Shown: positions 26,730 through 35,000 of the stretch, in pieces
Layout: each line of letters starts with the position of its first letter
Position numbering within the stretch: position 1 is the first letter of the stretch
Position numbers and translations under genes: made by a program
Notes under the pieces: model-generated
What the model was told of the DNA's origin: nothing
The model's input: the letters and a program-made list of their open reading frames with translations, nothing else
Database searches by the model: none
Assembly: GCA_017459965.1 (NCBI GenBank)
Contig: JAFUBW010000014.1
Coordinates: 5,442-69,441, forward strand
Direction of reading: 5' to 3'
Length of the DNA stretch: 64,000 bases
DNA from: Bacilli bacterium
Lineage (GTDB): Bacteria > Bacillota_I > Bacilli_A > RF39 > UBA660

Positions 26730-28675
26730 TGGAAAAAAAAGTGATGACATTAGGTGTTTTTGCACATGCAAATGCTGGGAAAACTACAATTACAGAACAA
26801 TTACTTTATCACACTAATGTTAAGAAAAAAACTGGAAGAGTTGATCATGGTGATACTACAACCGACAATTTAAAAGTGGAACAGGATAGAGGTATAACTG
26901 TAAGATCATCTATGGTAACTATGCCTTTAGACGACAGAATTATTCAGTTAATAGATACACCAGGACATGTAGACTTTTCTGCAGAAGTTGAAAGAGCCAT
27001 AAGTGTTTTAGATGGTGCAATATTAGTTGTATCAGGAGTTGAAAGAGTAGAACCTCAAACACAAGTAATATGGAAAATATTACAAGAAAGAAAAGTACCA
27101 ACTATCATATTTGTCAATAAAATGGATAGGATGGGAGCGGATTATGATAAAACAATTAGAGAAATGCAAACAAAATTGAATATAAATATATTACCTATTG
27201 TTAATGTAAAGAAAAATATTCAAACTAATGAATTATCTTATGAAGACGTAAAAATTGAAAATATTATAGAAGAACTTGCAAATGTCGATGATCACATATT
27301 AGAAAAGTATATTAATGAAGATAAAATATCTAGAGATTGGTTATATGATAAAGTAAAAGAACTATCATATAGTGGTAATTTACATTTTGTTTATGGTGGT
27401 AGTGCTTTAAATGATGATGGTATGTTAAGATTAATTGATGGAATAAAAGAATTTTTACCAACAGCTAGTAAAAAGAAAACAGATGAATTTTCTGGATATG
27501 TTTATACTGTTAAGAGAGATAATGGTGTTAGAGAATTATACGTTAAGGTATTAGATGGTGAATTAGAAAATAGAAAAGAATTTGTTGATTTAGAAGGTAA
27601 CAAACAAAGAATAAGAACTTTAACATATTTAGATGGAGATAAAAGGGTTAGAAAAGATAAATTAGAAACAGGAGAAATTGGAATAGTTACTGGATTAGAT
27701 TATAAGTGTGGACAAGTAATTGGTGCACCGCAACCTGATTTTAAATCTACATCATTCGTAAATCCATTATTTCATGTAACTGTAAGTGTTGAAGACAAAG
27801 CAAAAATACCAGAATTAGTTAATGCATTAGAAGCATTAAACGATGAAGATCCTGATTTGCATTTACAATTTGATAAATTTACTAATGAAATAAGCATTGA
27901 TCTAATGGGACCATTACAAACTGAAATAATTGATAATTTATTAAATGAAAGATTTGGAATTAAAGCTGATTTTTCAAAACCAATAATAATACATAAAGAA
28001 ACTCCAATTTCAATTGGTAAAGGTATGGCAACATTTGATAGAGTTTCAGGTGTTGAATTTGAAATAAAACCATTACCAAGAGGAAGTGGATTAAAATATG
28101 AATCTCATTTTTCAACAGATTATTTATTTACAAAATATCAAAAACAAATTGAAAGACTTGTTTATATGTATGCTCAACAAGGATTATATGGATGGCAAAT
28201 TACAGATGCTCAAATTAATTTGATTGGAGGTAAAAGTGATTCAGTTTGTTCAGATCCGTCACATTTTAATATTGCTGTGCCTCTAGCACTTATGAGAAGT
28301 ATTAAAGATGCAGGTATGCAATTACTTGAACCATTGATGGATTATGAAGTAAGTACTCCAAATGATAGTTTTAGAAAAGTATTAGCAGCATTATCGAATT
28401 TAGGTTTAAAATATGAGCAAATAAATGATAATGGAGAAAATACTATTCTTCCTGGAACTGCTCCTTTGAGTGAGATGCTTGAATTACCTACAACAATTAC
28501 TAGATTAACTGGTGGACACGGAAGTATGATAAAAAAGCCAGCAGGGTATGAATTGAAGGGAACAAATGAAATTTTAGAAAAAAGATATATAGGACCAGAT
28601 CCTAGAAATGAAGAAATGTTTGCTATGGAAATGAATAGTAGCATAGATCATATTGATAGAGTAAAACGTAGATAG
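26729..28675 (+). CDS. Tet(M)/Tet(O)-like ribosomal-protection-type translational GTPase (EF-G superfamily)
   Basis: 648 aa. GVFAHANAGKTTITEQLLY, then TTTDNLKVEQDRGITV, DTPGHVDFSAEVERAISVLDGAILVVS and NKMD. The size and N-terminal region parallel Tet(M) as I recall it. The start shares one nucleotide with the upstream stop. Confidence 0.75.
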   Translation: MEKKVMTLGVFAHANAGKTTITEQLLYHTNVKKKTGRVDHGDTTTDNLKVEQDRGITVRSSMVTMPLDDRIIQLIDTPGHVDFSAEVERAISVLDGAILVVSGVERVEPQTQVIWKILQERKVPTIIFVNKMDRMGADYDKTIREMQTKLNINILPIVNVKKNIQTNELSYEDVKIENIIEELANVDDHILEKYINEDKISRDWLYDKVKELSYSGNLHFVYGGSALNDDGMLRLIDGIKEFLPTASKKKTDEFSGYVYTVKRDNGVRELYVKVLDGELENRKEFVDLEGNKQRIRTLTYLDGDKRVRKDKLETGEIGIVTGLDYKCGQVIGAPQPDFKSTSFVNPLFHVTVSVEDKAKIPELVNALEALNDEDPDLHLQFDKFTNEISIDLMGPLQTEIIDNLLNERFGIKADFSKPIIIHKETPISIGKGMATFDRVSGVEFEIKPLPRGSGLKYESHFSTDYLFTKYQKQIERLVYMYAQQGLYGWQITDAQINLIGGKSDSVCSDPSHFNIAVPLALMRSIKDAGMQLLEPLMDYEVSTPNDSFRKVLAALSNLGLKYEQINDNGENTILPGTAPLSEMLELPTTITRLTGGHGSMIKKPAGYELKGTNEILEKRYIGPDPRNEEMFAMEMNSSIDHIDRVKRR

Positions 28676-28688
28676 GGGGGATATTAAT

Positions 28689-29819
28689 ATGATAGATCCA
28701 AGATTAGAAAAAATGGCTCATACTATTATTGAACATTCACTTAAGATACAACCTGGTGAAAGAGTGTTAATTGATTCAACCAAAAATTGTAGTGAAATGA
28801 TAAAATATATGGTTAGATTAATTGCATCAAAAGGAGCTATTCCTTTAGTTTCATTGAAAGAGACCGACATAAAAAGAGAATTGATAATTAATGGGAGCAA
28901 AGAACAATTTGAATTAATGAAAATTCAGGACGAAGCTATATTAAATAATGTCGATGTTTATATTAATATGATGGATTCTGATAATTGTTATGATATGTCA
29001 GATATTCCTGATGAAAAAAGAAGTTTATATCAAAAATACTATTTTAAACCTATAAACTTCGAAATAATTGTTCCAAAATTAAGATGGATAACTGTGGATT
29101 ATCCTTCAGTATCTTCAGCTCAACAATTTGGTATGAGTACAGATGCCTATGAAAAATATTTCTTTGATGCAATGACTGTAGATTATAAAGATTTGTATAA
29201 AAAAATGATACCACTTAAAGATATATTAGATAAAGGAGAACATGTAGAGATTAAATCTCCAAAAATAAATTTATCTTTTGATATTGATGGATTAAATTCT
29301 AATATATGTAGTGGTGAAATTAATTTGCCTGATGGGGAAGTATTTATTGCACCAACTTTGTATTCTGCAAATGGTGAAATTGTGTTTAATACACCAACAA
29401 GATATCAAGGAAGTTCATTTGAAAGCATAAAATTAATTTTTAAAAATGGTAAAATTATTGATTATAATTCAAAAACGAATTTAGAAAAATTAAAAAATAT
29501 TTTGGAAAGTGATGATGGAAATAAATACATTGGTGAATTTGCATTTGGTACAAATCCAAATATAGATATACCAAGGAGTAATATTTTATTCGATGAAAAA
29601 ATTTTAGGATCATTTCATATAGCATTAGGTAATAGTCATTCATTAAGTGATAATGGAAATAAGGCATCTATTCATTGGGATATGGTAAATATGTTGACCA
29701 AAGAATATGGTGGTGGTAGAATAATAATTGATGATAAAATAATACAAGAAGATGGAATGTTTATTCCAGAAGAATTAAAACCATTGAATGAAAAGGTATT
29801 ATCAAAAAAATATTTTTAG
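28689..29819 (+). CDS. Aminopeptidase, M29 (AmpS/PepS/aminopeptidase T) family
   Basis: MIDPRLEKMAHTIIEHSLKIQPGERVLI is a typical M29 N-terminus. The later ...PDGEVFIAP... and ...HIALG... segments also fit. Confidence 0.75.
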   Translation: MIDPRLEKMAHTIIEHSLKIQPGERVLIDSTKNCSEMIKYMVRLIASKGAIPLVSLKETDIKRELIINGSKEQFELMKIQDEAILNNVDVYINMMDSDNCYDMSDIPDEKRSLYQKYYFKPINFEIIVPKLRWITVDYPSVSSAQQFGMSTDAYEKYFFDAMTVDYKDLYKKMIPLKDILDKGEHVEIKSPKINLSFDIDGLNSNICSGEINLPDGEVFIAPTLYSANGEIVFNTPTRYQGSSFESIKLIFKNGKIIDYNSKTNLEKLKNILESDDGNKYIGEFAFGTNPNIDIPRSNILFDEKILGSFHIALGNSHSLSDNGNKASIHWDMVNMLTKEYGGGRIIIDDKIIQEDGMFIPEELKPLNEKVLSKKYF

Positions 29820-29829
29820 GAGGATTAAT

Positions 29830-30303
29830 ATGATAACTTTAAAAAAAATTAGTGAAGAAAATATCGATTTACTAGATAATTTATTACAATTATATTTACA
29901 TGATGTAAGTTTACATTTTCCAATTGATTTAAACTCTAAAACTTGTAAATATGAATATGATGATTTAACAAAATATATTGACAATTCAAATAATTATGCT
30001 TATTTTTTCATGAATAAAGATGAAATACTTGGTTTTACTTTGATTGATAGTGAAGATGATAGTATGGTTGTTCAAGAAATGTTTATCTTAAATAATTATA
30101 AAAATAAAGGTCTTGGTGAAGAAGCTATTACTAAAGTTTTTGATGAATTCAAAGGTAATTGGATAATTAGATCTTTACCTTGTTCTCCTAAGTCAGAGAA
30201 TTTTTGGAAAAAGACTATAGAAAGATATACTAATAATAAATACGACATTGAATATGTAGGAAAATTTAATAGAGCCGTATTTAGATTTAACAATAATGAA
30301 TAA
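29830..30303 (+). CDS. GNAT-family N-acetyltransferase
   Basis: Start placed at the ATG after AGGAGG. QEMFILNNYKNKGLGEEAI matches the acetyl-CoA-binding motif A region (Q/R-x-x-G-x-G/A). Confidence 0.65.
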   Translation: MITLKKISEENIDLLDNLLQLYLHDVSLHFPIDLNSKTCKYEYDDLTKYIDNSNNYAYFFMNKDEILGFTLIDSEDDSMVVQEMFILNNYKNKGLGEEAITKVFDEFKGNWIIRSLPCSPKSENFWKKTIERYTNNKYDIEYVGKFNRAVFRFNNNE

Positions 30304-31477
30304 TTATATAAAAAATAAAAATAAAGAAATTGATATCTTGAGTGGTCATAATAATATTACTAATTATGATAACATTTTTGATATTTTAAGTAAAAAAGAA
30401 GAATTTATTAAAAAATTAAGAGAACAAAATGAAAAAATATATTATCATAATTTGACTAATAATAATCAAACAAAATTTAATAGTGATACTTTTTCTTATG
30501 AATATACATATGAAAGATTTAATGGGTTTATTGAAATACCTAACTTTGTTAATAATTTTTACAAATTAAAAAAAACAATTATAACTGATAATTATTTTAC
30601 TAATTGTGGTATGAGTGCGATTGTATCTTTGTTAACTTCAATTGTTTTAGGTAATAATATATCTGTAGATTTATTATATGATGAAACATATTTTGAAACT
30701 ATTAAATATCTAACAATGGTTAGCAAAGAAACAAATAATAGTAAGTTTTTATATGTTGATTCAATAGCTAGTAATTTTAATTTTAAAATTGAGCAATATG
30801 ATTTATCAAATTATATTGGTGTTATAATAGATACTACATGTTTTAAAGGATATGAATTTAAAAAAATGATTGAAACAATATATTCGAAAAATTTATTATG
30901 CGTGTTAGTACGAAGTCATACAAAATTAGACTTATTGGCAACAGAATATTCTCATTTAGGTTCAGTTTCATTTATATATCCTAATAATATGTCAGACATT
31001 AATAAAGAATTATTTGAAAAAATAAAATTAAATTGTAGACACTTAATTGGTGTTTATGGGGCTTGTGTTCCACCAAATAGATTTCCTGAATTTATGTTGA
31101 ATAAAGAAGTAAAAATATTAAATGAGGATAGATTAGATAGAGTAAAAAATAATAATGAAGAATTATTTAACTATTTGAATAAAAGAAACATAAATATTGT
31201 ATTACCAAATCACAAACAATTTTGTTTAATTTATTTAGGTAATAAAGAATATGAATTAGATGACATGAAGCAAAAAATTATTAATTTTTGTAATAGTTTT
31301 AAAAATAAATTTCCAGTATACCATGCTGTAAGTTTTGGTTTTGATTATATAGCTTTAGATTGTTATCAAAATTATATAGATAATACATATAAGATAAGAA
31401 TATGTATGAGTGATTATCCGCGTGAAATTAATAATAATTTTTATGAAGAATTATATTCATTTTTAAAAAATATATAA
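30296..31477 (+). CDS. Hypothetical enzyme with distant fold-type-I PLP (Cys/Met-metabolism-like) features
   Basis: NCGMSAIVSLL is close to SGMAAI, IIDTTCF is close to VDNTFA, and VRSHTKLD is close to S-x-TK, the PLP lysine motif. All are in the expected order. It overlaps the GNAT gene by 8 nt. The assignment is weak and motif-level only. Confidence 0.4.
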   Translation: MNNYIKNKNKEIDILSGHNNITNYDNIFDILSKKEEFIKKLREQNEKIYYHNLTNNNQTKFNSDTFSYEYTYERFNGFIEIPNFVNNFYKLKKTIITDNYFTNCGMSAIVSLLTSIVLGNNISVDLLYDETYFETIKYLTMVSKETNNSKFLYVDSIASNFNFKIEQYDLSNYIGVIIDTTCFKGYEFKKMIETIYSKNLLCVLVRSHTKLDLLATEYSHLGSVSFIYPNNMSDINKELFEKIKLNCRHLIGVYGACVPPNRFPEFMLNKEVKILNEDRLDRVKNNNEELFNYLNKRNINIVLPNHKQFCLIYLGNKEYELDDMKQKIINFCNSFKNKFPVYHAVSFGFDYIALDCYQNYIDNTYKIRICMSDYPREINNNFYEELYSFLKNI

Positions 31478-31525
31478 GTTCTGATGAATAAACTATATTT
31501 TTTAAAATTTATGGAGGTATAGAAT

Positions 31526-32086
31526 ATGAAAATAACATATGTAACAGGTAACTGGGCAAAACTAGAAGTTGCAAAAAAATATTTAAATCCACTAGGAATA
31601 GAAATAGATAATATTAAAATGGATACAATTGAAATACAAGCAGATACAACTGAAGAAGTAGCTAAATACTCTGCTAAATGGGCAAGTGAACAATTAAAAT
31701 GTGATGTACTAAAAAATGATTCAGGATTATTTATTGAAGGATTAAAAGGTTTCCCTGGAGTATATACAAAATATGCTGATGAAACAATAGGTGAAGATGG
31801 AGTACTTAAATTACTTGATGGTGTAGAAAATAGAAAAGCATATTTTATAGAAGTGTTAGCATATTGCGAACATGGGAAAGAACCAGTAACATTTACGAGT
31901 TATACTTATGGAACTATAGCAAAAGAAAAACAAGGTAAATATGGATGGAGTTGGGATTTTATATTTATTCCAGAAGGATCAGATAAAACATTAGGATGCT
32001 ATCCAGATGATGAAAGATTTAATTTTTGGGGAGAAGAAGCATACACAAAGTTTGCAGAATATTTAAAAAATAAACAAAACAAATAA
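31526..32086 (+). CDS. Non-canonical purine NTP pyrophosphatase (Ham1/ITPase/RdgB family)
   Basis: ITYVTGNWAKLEVAK, then IEIQADT, NDSGLFIEGLKGFPGVYTKY and WSWDFIF follow the Ham1 family pattern. Confidence 0.7.
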   Translation: MKITYVTGNWAKLEVAKKYLNPLGIEIDNIKMDTIEIQADTTEEVAKYSAKWASEQLKCDVLKNDSGLFIEGLKGFPGVYTKYADETIGEDGVLKLLDGVENRKAYFIEVLAYCEHGKEPVTFTSYTYGTIAKEKQGKYGWSWDFIFIPEGSDKTLGCYPDDERFNFWGEEAYTKFAEYLKNKQNK

Positions 32087-32118
32087 TAAAGTATATAAAT
32101 TAGTATAAATAAAAAATA

Positions 32119-32148
32119 CAAGGATAAATTAATAACCTTGTTTTTTTT
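32119..32148 (+). terminator. Intrinsic terminator ending the cargo operon
   Basis: caagg...ccttg hairpin followed by T8. Confidence 0.5.
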
Positions 32149-32166
32149 ATTAATTTTACACACCCA

Positions 32167-32186
32167 TCTACACACCAAAATATATA
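32167..32186 (+). repeat. Tandem arm-type repeat, distal copy
   Basis: tacacacccatctacacacc, identical to 19410-19429. It lies 107 nt inside the right core repeat. Confidence 0.6.
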
Positions 32187-32293
32187 TTTTAAATGCTATA
32201 TAATTAAATTTGTTTAAATTCAAATAAACTATTTTGTCGTATTTTATAACAATATATTAATATTTAAATTTAAGAGTGAGTGATATTTTATAG

Positions 32294-32325
32294 CCCCCTG
32301 AAGGAGCCATTAGGCTCCATTTTTT
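32294..32325 (+). repeat. Island direct repeat, right copy (putative attR core)
   Basis: Identical 32-mer to 19340-19371. It is followed by the RBS and start of the pyrophosphatase-like gene. Confidence 0.7.
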
Positions 32326-32373
32326 TTATAAATTATAATTTGTGGTATAATTAAATGCAAGGAGGATTTGTAT

Positions 32374-32712
32374 ATGGATAGTAGAGAATATTTAGGTAAA
32401 GAATTATATATAAAAATTGATAGACCATTTGGAAGTAAACATCCAAAACATGGATTTATTTATCCAATTAATTATGGATATGTACCTAATACGATTAGTG
32501 GCGATGGAGAAGAATTAGATGCATATTTATTAGGAGTTTTTGAACCAGTAGATGATTATAATGGTAAATGTATTGCTATTATTCACAGAACAAATGATAA
32601 TGATGATAAATTAATAGTTGTACCATTAGGTAAAAATTATTCAGATGATGCAATAGAAGCATTAGTTGAATTTCAAGAGGAACATTTTAAACATGTAATT
32701 ATTAGAAAATAA
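32374..32712 (+). CDS. Small inorganic pyrophosphatase-like protein (family I PPase fold)
   Basis: YPINYGYVPNTISGDGEELDAYLL matches the family I PPase signature region (YP.NYGFIP.T...DGDP.D). It is only 112 aa. RBS is AAGGAGGA. Confidence 0.6.
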   Translation: MDSREYLGKELYIKIDRPFGSKHPKHGFIYPINYGYVPNTISGDGEELDAYLLGVFEPVDDYNGKCIAIIHRTNDNDDKLIVVPLGKNYSDDAIEALVEFQEEHFKHVIIRK

Positions 32713-32716
32713 AAAG

Positions 32717-32738
32717 GGAACCATTAGGTTCCTTTTTT
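32717..32738. terminator. Bidirectional terminator hairpin
   Basis: ggaacc-atta-ggttcc flanked by A5 and T6, between convergent genes. Confidence 0.6.
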
Positions 32739-34131
32739 ACATAGACTTTGAATAATTTTCACTATTATTTTTAATATTAATAACTATGTTTTCATTATTT
32801 CTTGTTTTCATAATAATGTTTGTATCATTTGGAAGATAACTAACTACATGTTCTAAATATTCGTTATCTCCATATGGTGTTTGTTTTATAAGATTCAATG
32901 TTTCATCAAAACTATATGTATTTTTTAAACAATTCTCAACTTGATTAATTCCTTTATTATGTGCCCATATACTAAGTAATTCACATTCTTCATCTGTTAA
33001 TTTATAATTGTATGCATTTTTATTGTTATTTTCAAGTATTTGATTTTCACAATATTCAAAAATCATACATCCGATTTCAATACTTTTTTCAGCATTTTCA
33101 AACTTTTTAATATCATCTTGATTAATACCATATTTTACATAATCATTTTCGTTTATTATACTATTTTTTAAATCATTTTTATAAATTGCTACTTTACTCA
33201 TTTTTTCATAGTCAGAAGATATATTATTTATTTCGTCACAATTTATTGTTACTAGATTTCCATCTATATCATTCATAGTATAATTATTCCAAATTTGTCT
33301 TTCTACTTGTAAAAGACCAACGCCTCCAACATCAGTATAATTAATATCTGATTTAGGATTTTCTTGACATATCATTGCGATTATTAATTTTTCATCAATC
33401 CCATATTTTTCAGAACAATGTCTTATACTATTTGAATATGAATCTATAATTTTTTGTATATATTCATTATTCGATCTATCTTCATAATTATATAAAAATT
33501 TATATATATCGTTTGATGAAGAAACTATTTCAGTTTGTAAAACACTTTCTTCAACCTTATCATCTTTATCACTATAAAATATAATTTTATAATTATCAGG
33601 ATTAGTATTAGTTTTCTCAGTATACATCATTGTTGTATCTATTTCATCAAATAATTCTTCAGCTTCTTTTTTTTCTTGTTTTTCCTTTTTTATTTCATTA
33701 ATATTATTATCTACATAAACAAAATCTAAATCATTATTTTCTTCATTATCAATATTGTTTTCTATATTAGTTTTGTTATATAAATCTGGATTTACCTTAT
33801 GGTCTATAAGTGAAGTAGAAAGAAATGTAACAGATAAAGTAGTTAAGAATGCAATTTTTTTAATATTCTTATTAATATGATTTACTTTTTTAGATGGAAT
33901 ACCAATATATTTTTTTAAAAAATCAATATCATAAATTCTATAATTTGAATCATTTTTAATTATATCTAATCGATTATTTCTTTTATAATCTTTAATTATT
34001 TTATTAATCTTTTTTACATCGTTATCATTATATTCATAGATTAATTTATTATAATTATATAATTGATAGTTGACGATAGCTTTTTTATTATTTTTATCTA
34101 TTAAATTAATTTGTAAATAATAATTATCCAT
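32737..34131 (-). CDS. Membrane-anchored protein with a lytic transglycosylase (SLT)-like domain
   Basis: TM segment near residue 95. The C-terminal region has LIIAMICQENP (catalytic Glu context), then GGVGLLQV and AHNKG, as in SLT/GEWL-type domains. Confidence 0.55.
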   Translation of the reverse strand: MDNYYLQINLIDKNNKKAIVNYQLYNYNKLIYEYNDNDVKKINKIIKDYKRNNRLDIIKNDSNYRIYDIDFLKKYIGIPSKKVNHINKNIKKIAFLTTLSVTFLSTSLIDHKVNPDLYNKTNIENNIDNEENNDLDFVYVDNNINEIKKEKQEKKEAEELFDEIDTTMMYTEKTNTNPDNYKIIFYSDKDDKVEESVLQTEIVSSSNDIYKFLYNYEDRSNNEYIQKIIDSYSNSIRHCSEKYGIDEKLIIAMICQENPKSDINYTDVGGVGLLQVERQIWNNYTMNDIDGNLVTINCDEINNISSDYEKMSKVAIYKNDLKNSIINENDYVKYGINQDDIKKFENAEKSIEIGCMIFEYCENQILENNNKNAYNYKLTDEECELLSIWAHNKGINQVENCLKNTYSFDETLNLIKQTPYGDNEYLEHVVSYLPNDTNIIMKTRNNENIVINIKNNSENYSKSM

Positions 34132-34372
34132 TTATTTGACTCCAATTATTATCAACAATATCCCATTCATTATCTTCAATAGGTAATAATGTTAATGTAT
34201 CTTTATTTATTAAAAATTTATTTGAAAAAACATTTAAAAAACCATCTTTATTTAAACTACCATCACTATAAATAATAAAATTATTGTTATCATATTTAAA
34301 AGCATGTAATATTTTACATTCTTTTTTTGTATTATTTTCTTTAATAAAAAAACTACCTTTCATATTCTTCAC
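34124..34372 (-). CDS. Hypothetical small protein
   Basis: 82-aa ORF overlapping the downstream gene by 8 nt (coupled). Confidence 0.45.
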   Translation of the reverse strand: MKNMKGSFFIKENNTKKECKILHAFKYDNNNFIIYSDGSLNKDGFLNVFSNKFLINKDTLTLLPIEDNEWDIVDNNWSQING

Positions 34373-34488
34373 CTATTATAATAATAACACATTTATTATT
34401 TTTATAAAAGAAATTATACAAAACAAAAGTAAATAATTATGATTAAAAAATTAATAATAGACCATATTATTATTGAAAGGAGATTATT

Positions 34489-34680
34489 ATGACACAAAAA
34501 GAATTATCATATGTAGAAGATGCGATTGGGCATGAAGAAAATATTATTAAAATTATTAATGATTCATTAAATAATTTAGAAAATGAAGAATTAATATCAT
34601 TTATTCAAAATGAAGTAAATAATCACACACAGATGAAAGAAAAATTAATGAATTTATTAAAGGAGAAAGCAAATGAATGA
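34489..34680 (+). CDS. Small helical protein paired with the CotF-like gene
   Basis: 63 aa, RBS AAAGGAG, overlaps the next ORF by 8 nt. Confidence 0.5.
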   Translation: MTQKELSYVEDAIGHEENIIKIINDSLNNLENEELISFIQNEVNNHTQMKEKLMNLLKEKANE

Positions 34681-34921
34681 TCAACTTATAATGGATAATT
34701 ATTTATTACTTCTAAAAAGTACAGTTGAAGTATATGTACATGGTACTCTTGAAAGTTCTAACGAAGATGTAAGAAGTAATCTTAAAGATTGTTTAAATGA
34801 AATATTAACTTCACAGGCAAATACATATAATTTAATGACAAAATTTGGATGGTATAATATTAATAATGTACAAACAAGCGAAATTACAAAAACATTAAAT
34901 AATATTAATAGTAATAATTAA
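34673..34921 (+). CDS. Spore coat protein F (Coat_F)-like protein
   Basis: DNYLLLLKSTVEVYVHGTLESSNEDVRSNLKDCLNEIL...NLMTKFGWY follows the Coat_F domain pattern. Confidence 0.6.
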   Translation: MNDQLIMDNYLLLLKSTVEVYVHGTLESSNEDVRSNLKDCLNEILTSQANTYNLMTKFGWYNINNVQTSEITKTLNNINSNN

Positions 34922-35000
34922 TGAGATAAAATCTCATTTTTTTAATTTGACATATCTTTCTTTTATGATAAAATATATATACACAAAGAGGGAATGAACA

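Larger units (their letters stand above)
19340..32325. mobile_element. Integrated ~13-kb genomic island (tyrosine integrase; IME/PICI-like backbone plus RiPP-like cargo operon)
   Basis: A 32-bp perfect direct repeat lies at both ends. The integrase sits next to the left repeat and is transcribed toward it. Tandem arm-type repeats lie just inside both ends. A RepA-like ATPase and a DUF3173-like gene are present. The flanking genes (recG, pyrophosphatase-like) are housekeeping. Confidence 0.7.

Noticed and set aside
26729-28675. The housekeeping elongation factor G (fusA).
   Set aside because: The gene sits inside a mobile island, coupled to radical SAM genes rather than in an rpsL-rpsG-fusA-tuf context. 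At 648 aa it is shorter than typical EF-G, and its N-terminal region resembles Tet(M)-type proteins. A phylogeny is still needed.
23654-32086. Microcin C-like peptide-nucleotide system. Prompted by the precursor ending in Asn and by the GNAT, peptidase and nucleotide pyrophosphatase genes.
   Set aside because: No MccB/ThiF-type adenylyltransferase (no GxGxxG E1-like protein) is present. The locus instead has two radical SAM systems and a Cys-rich core, which favours a crosslinked RiPP. The idea is kept only as a side remark.
32717-32732. A third copy of the island att core after the pyrophosphatase-like gene.
   Set aside because: Only the hairpin (ggaacc-atta-ggttcc versus ggagcc-atta-ggctcc) is similar. 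The flanking ccccctgaa is absent. It functions plausibly as a bidirectional terminator. It is kept as a caution that this hairpin type is endogenous.
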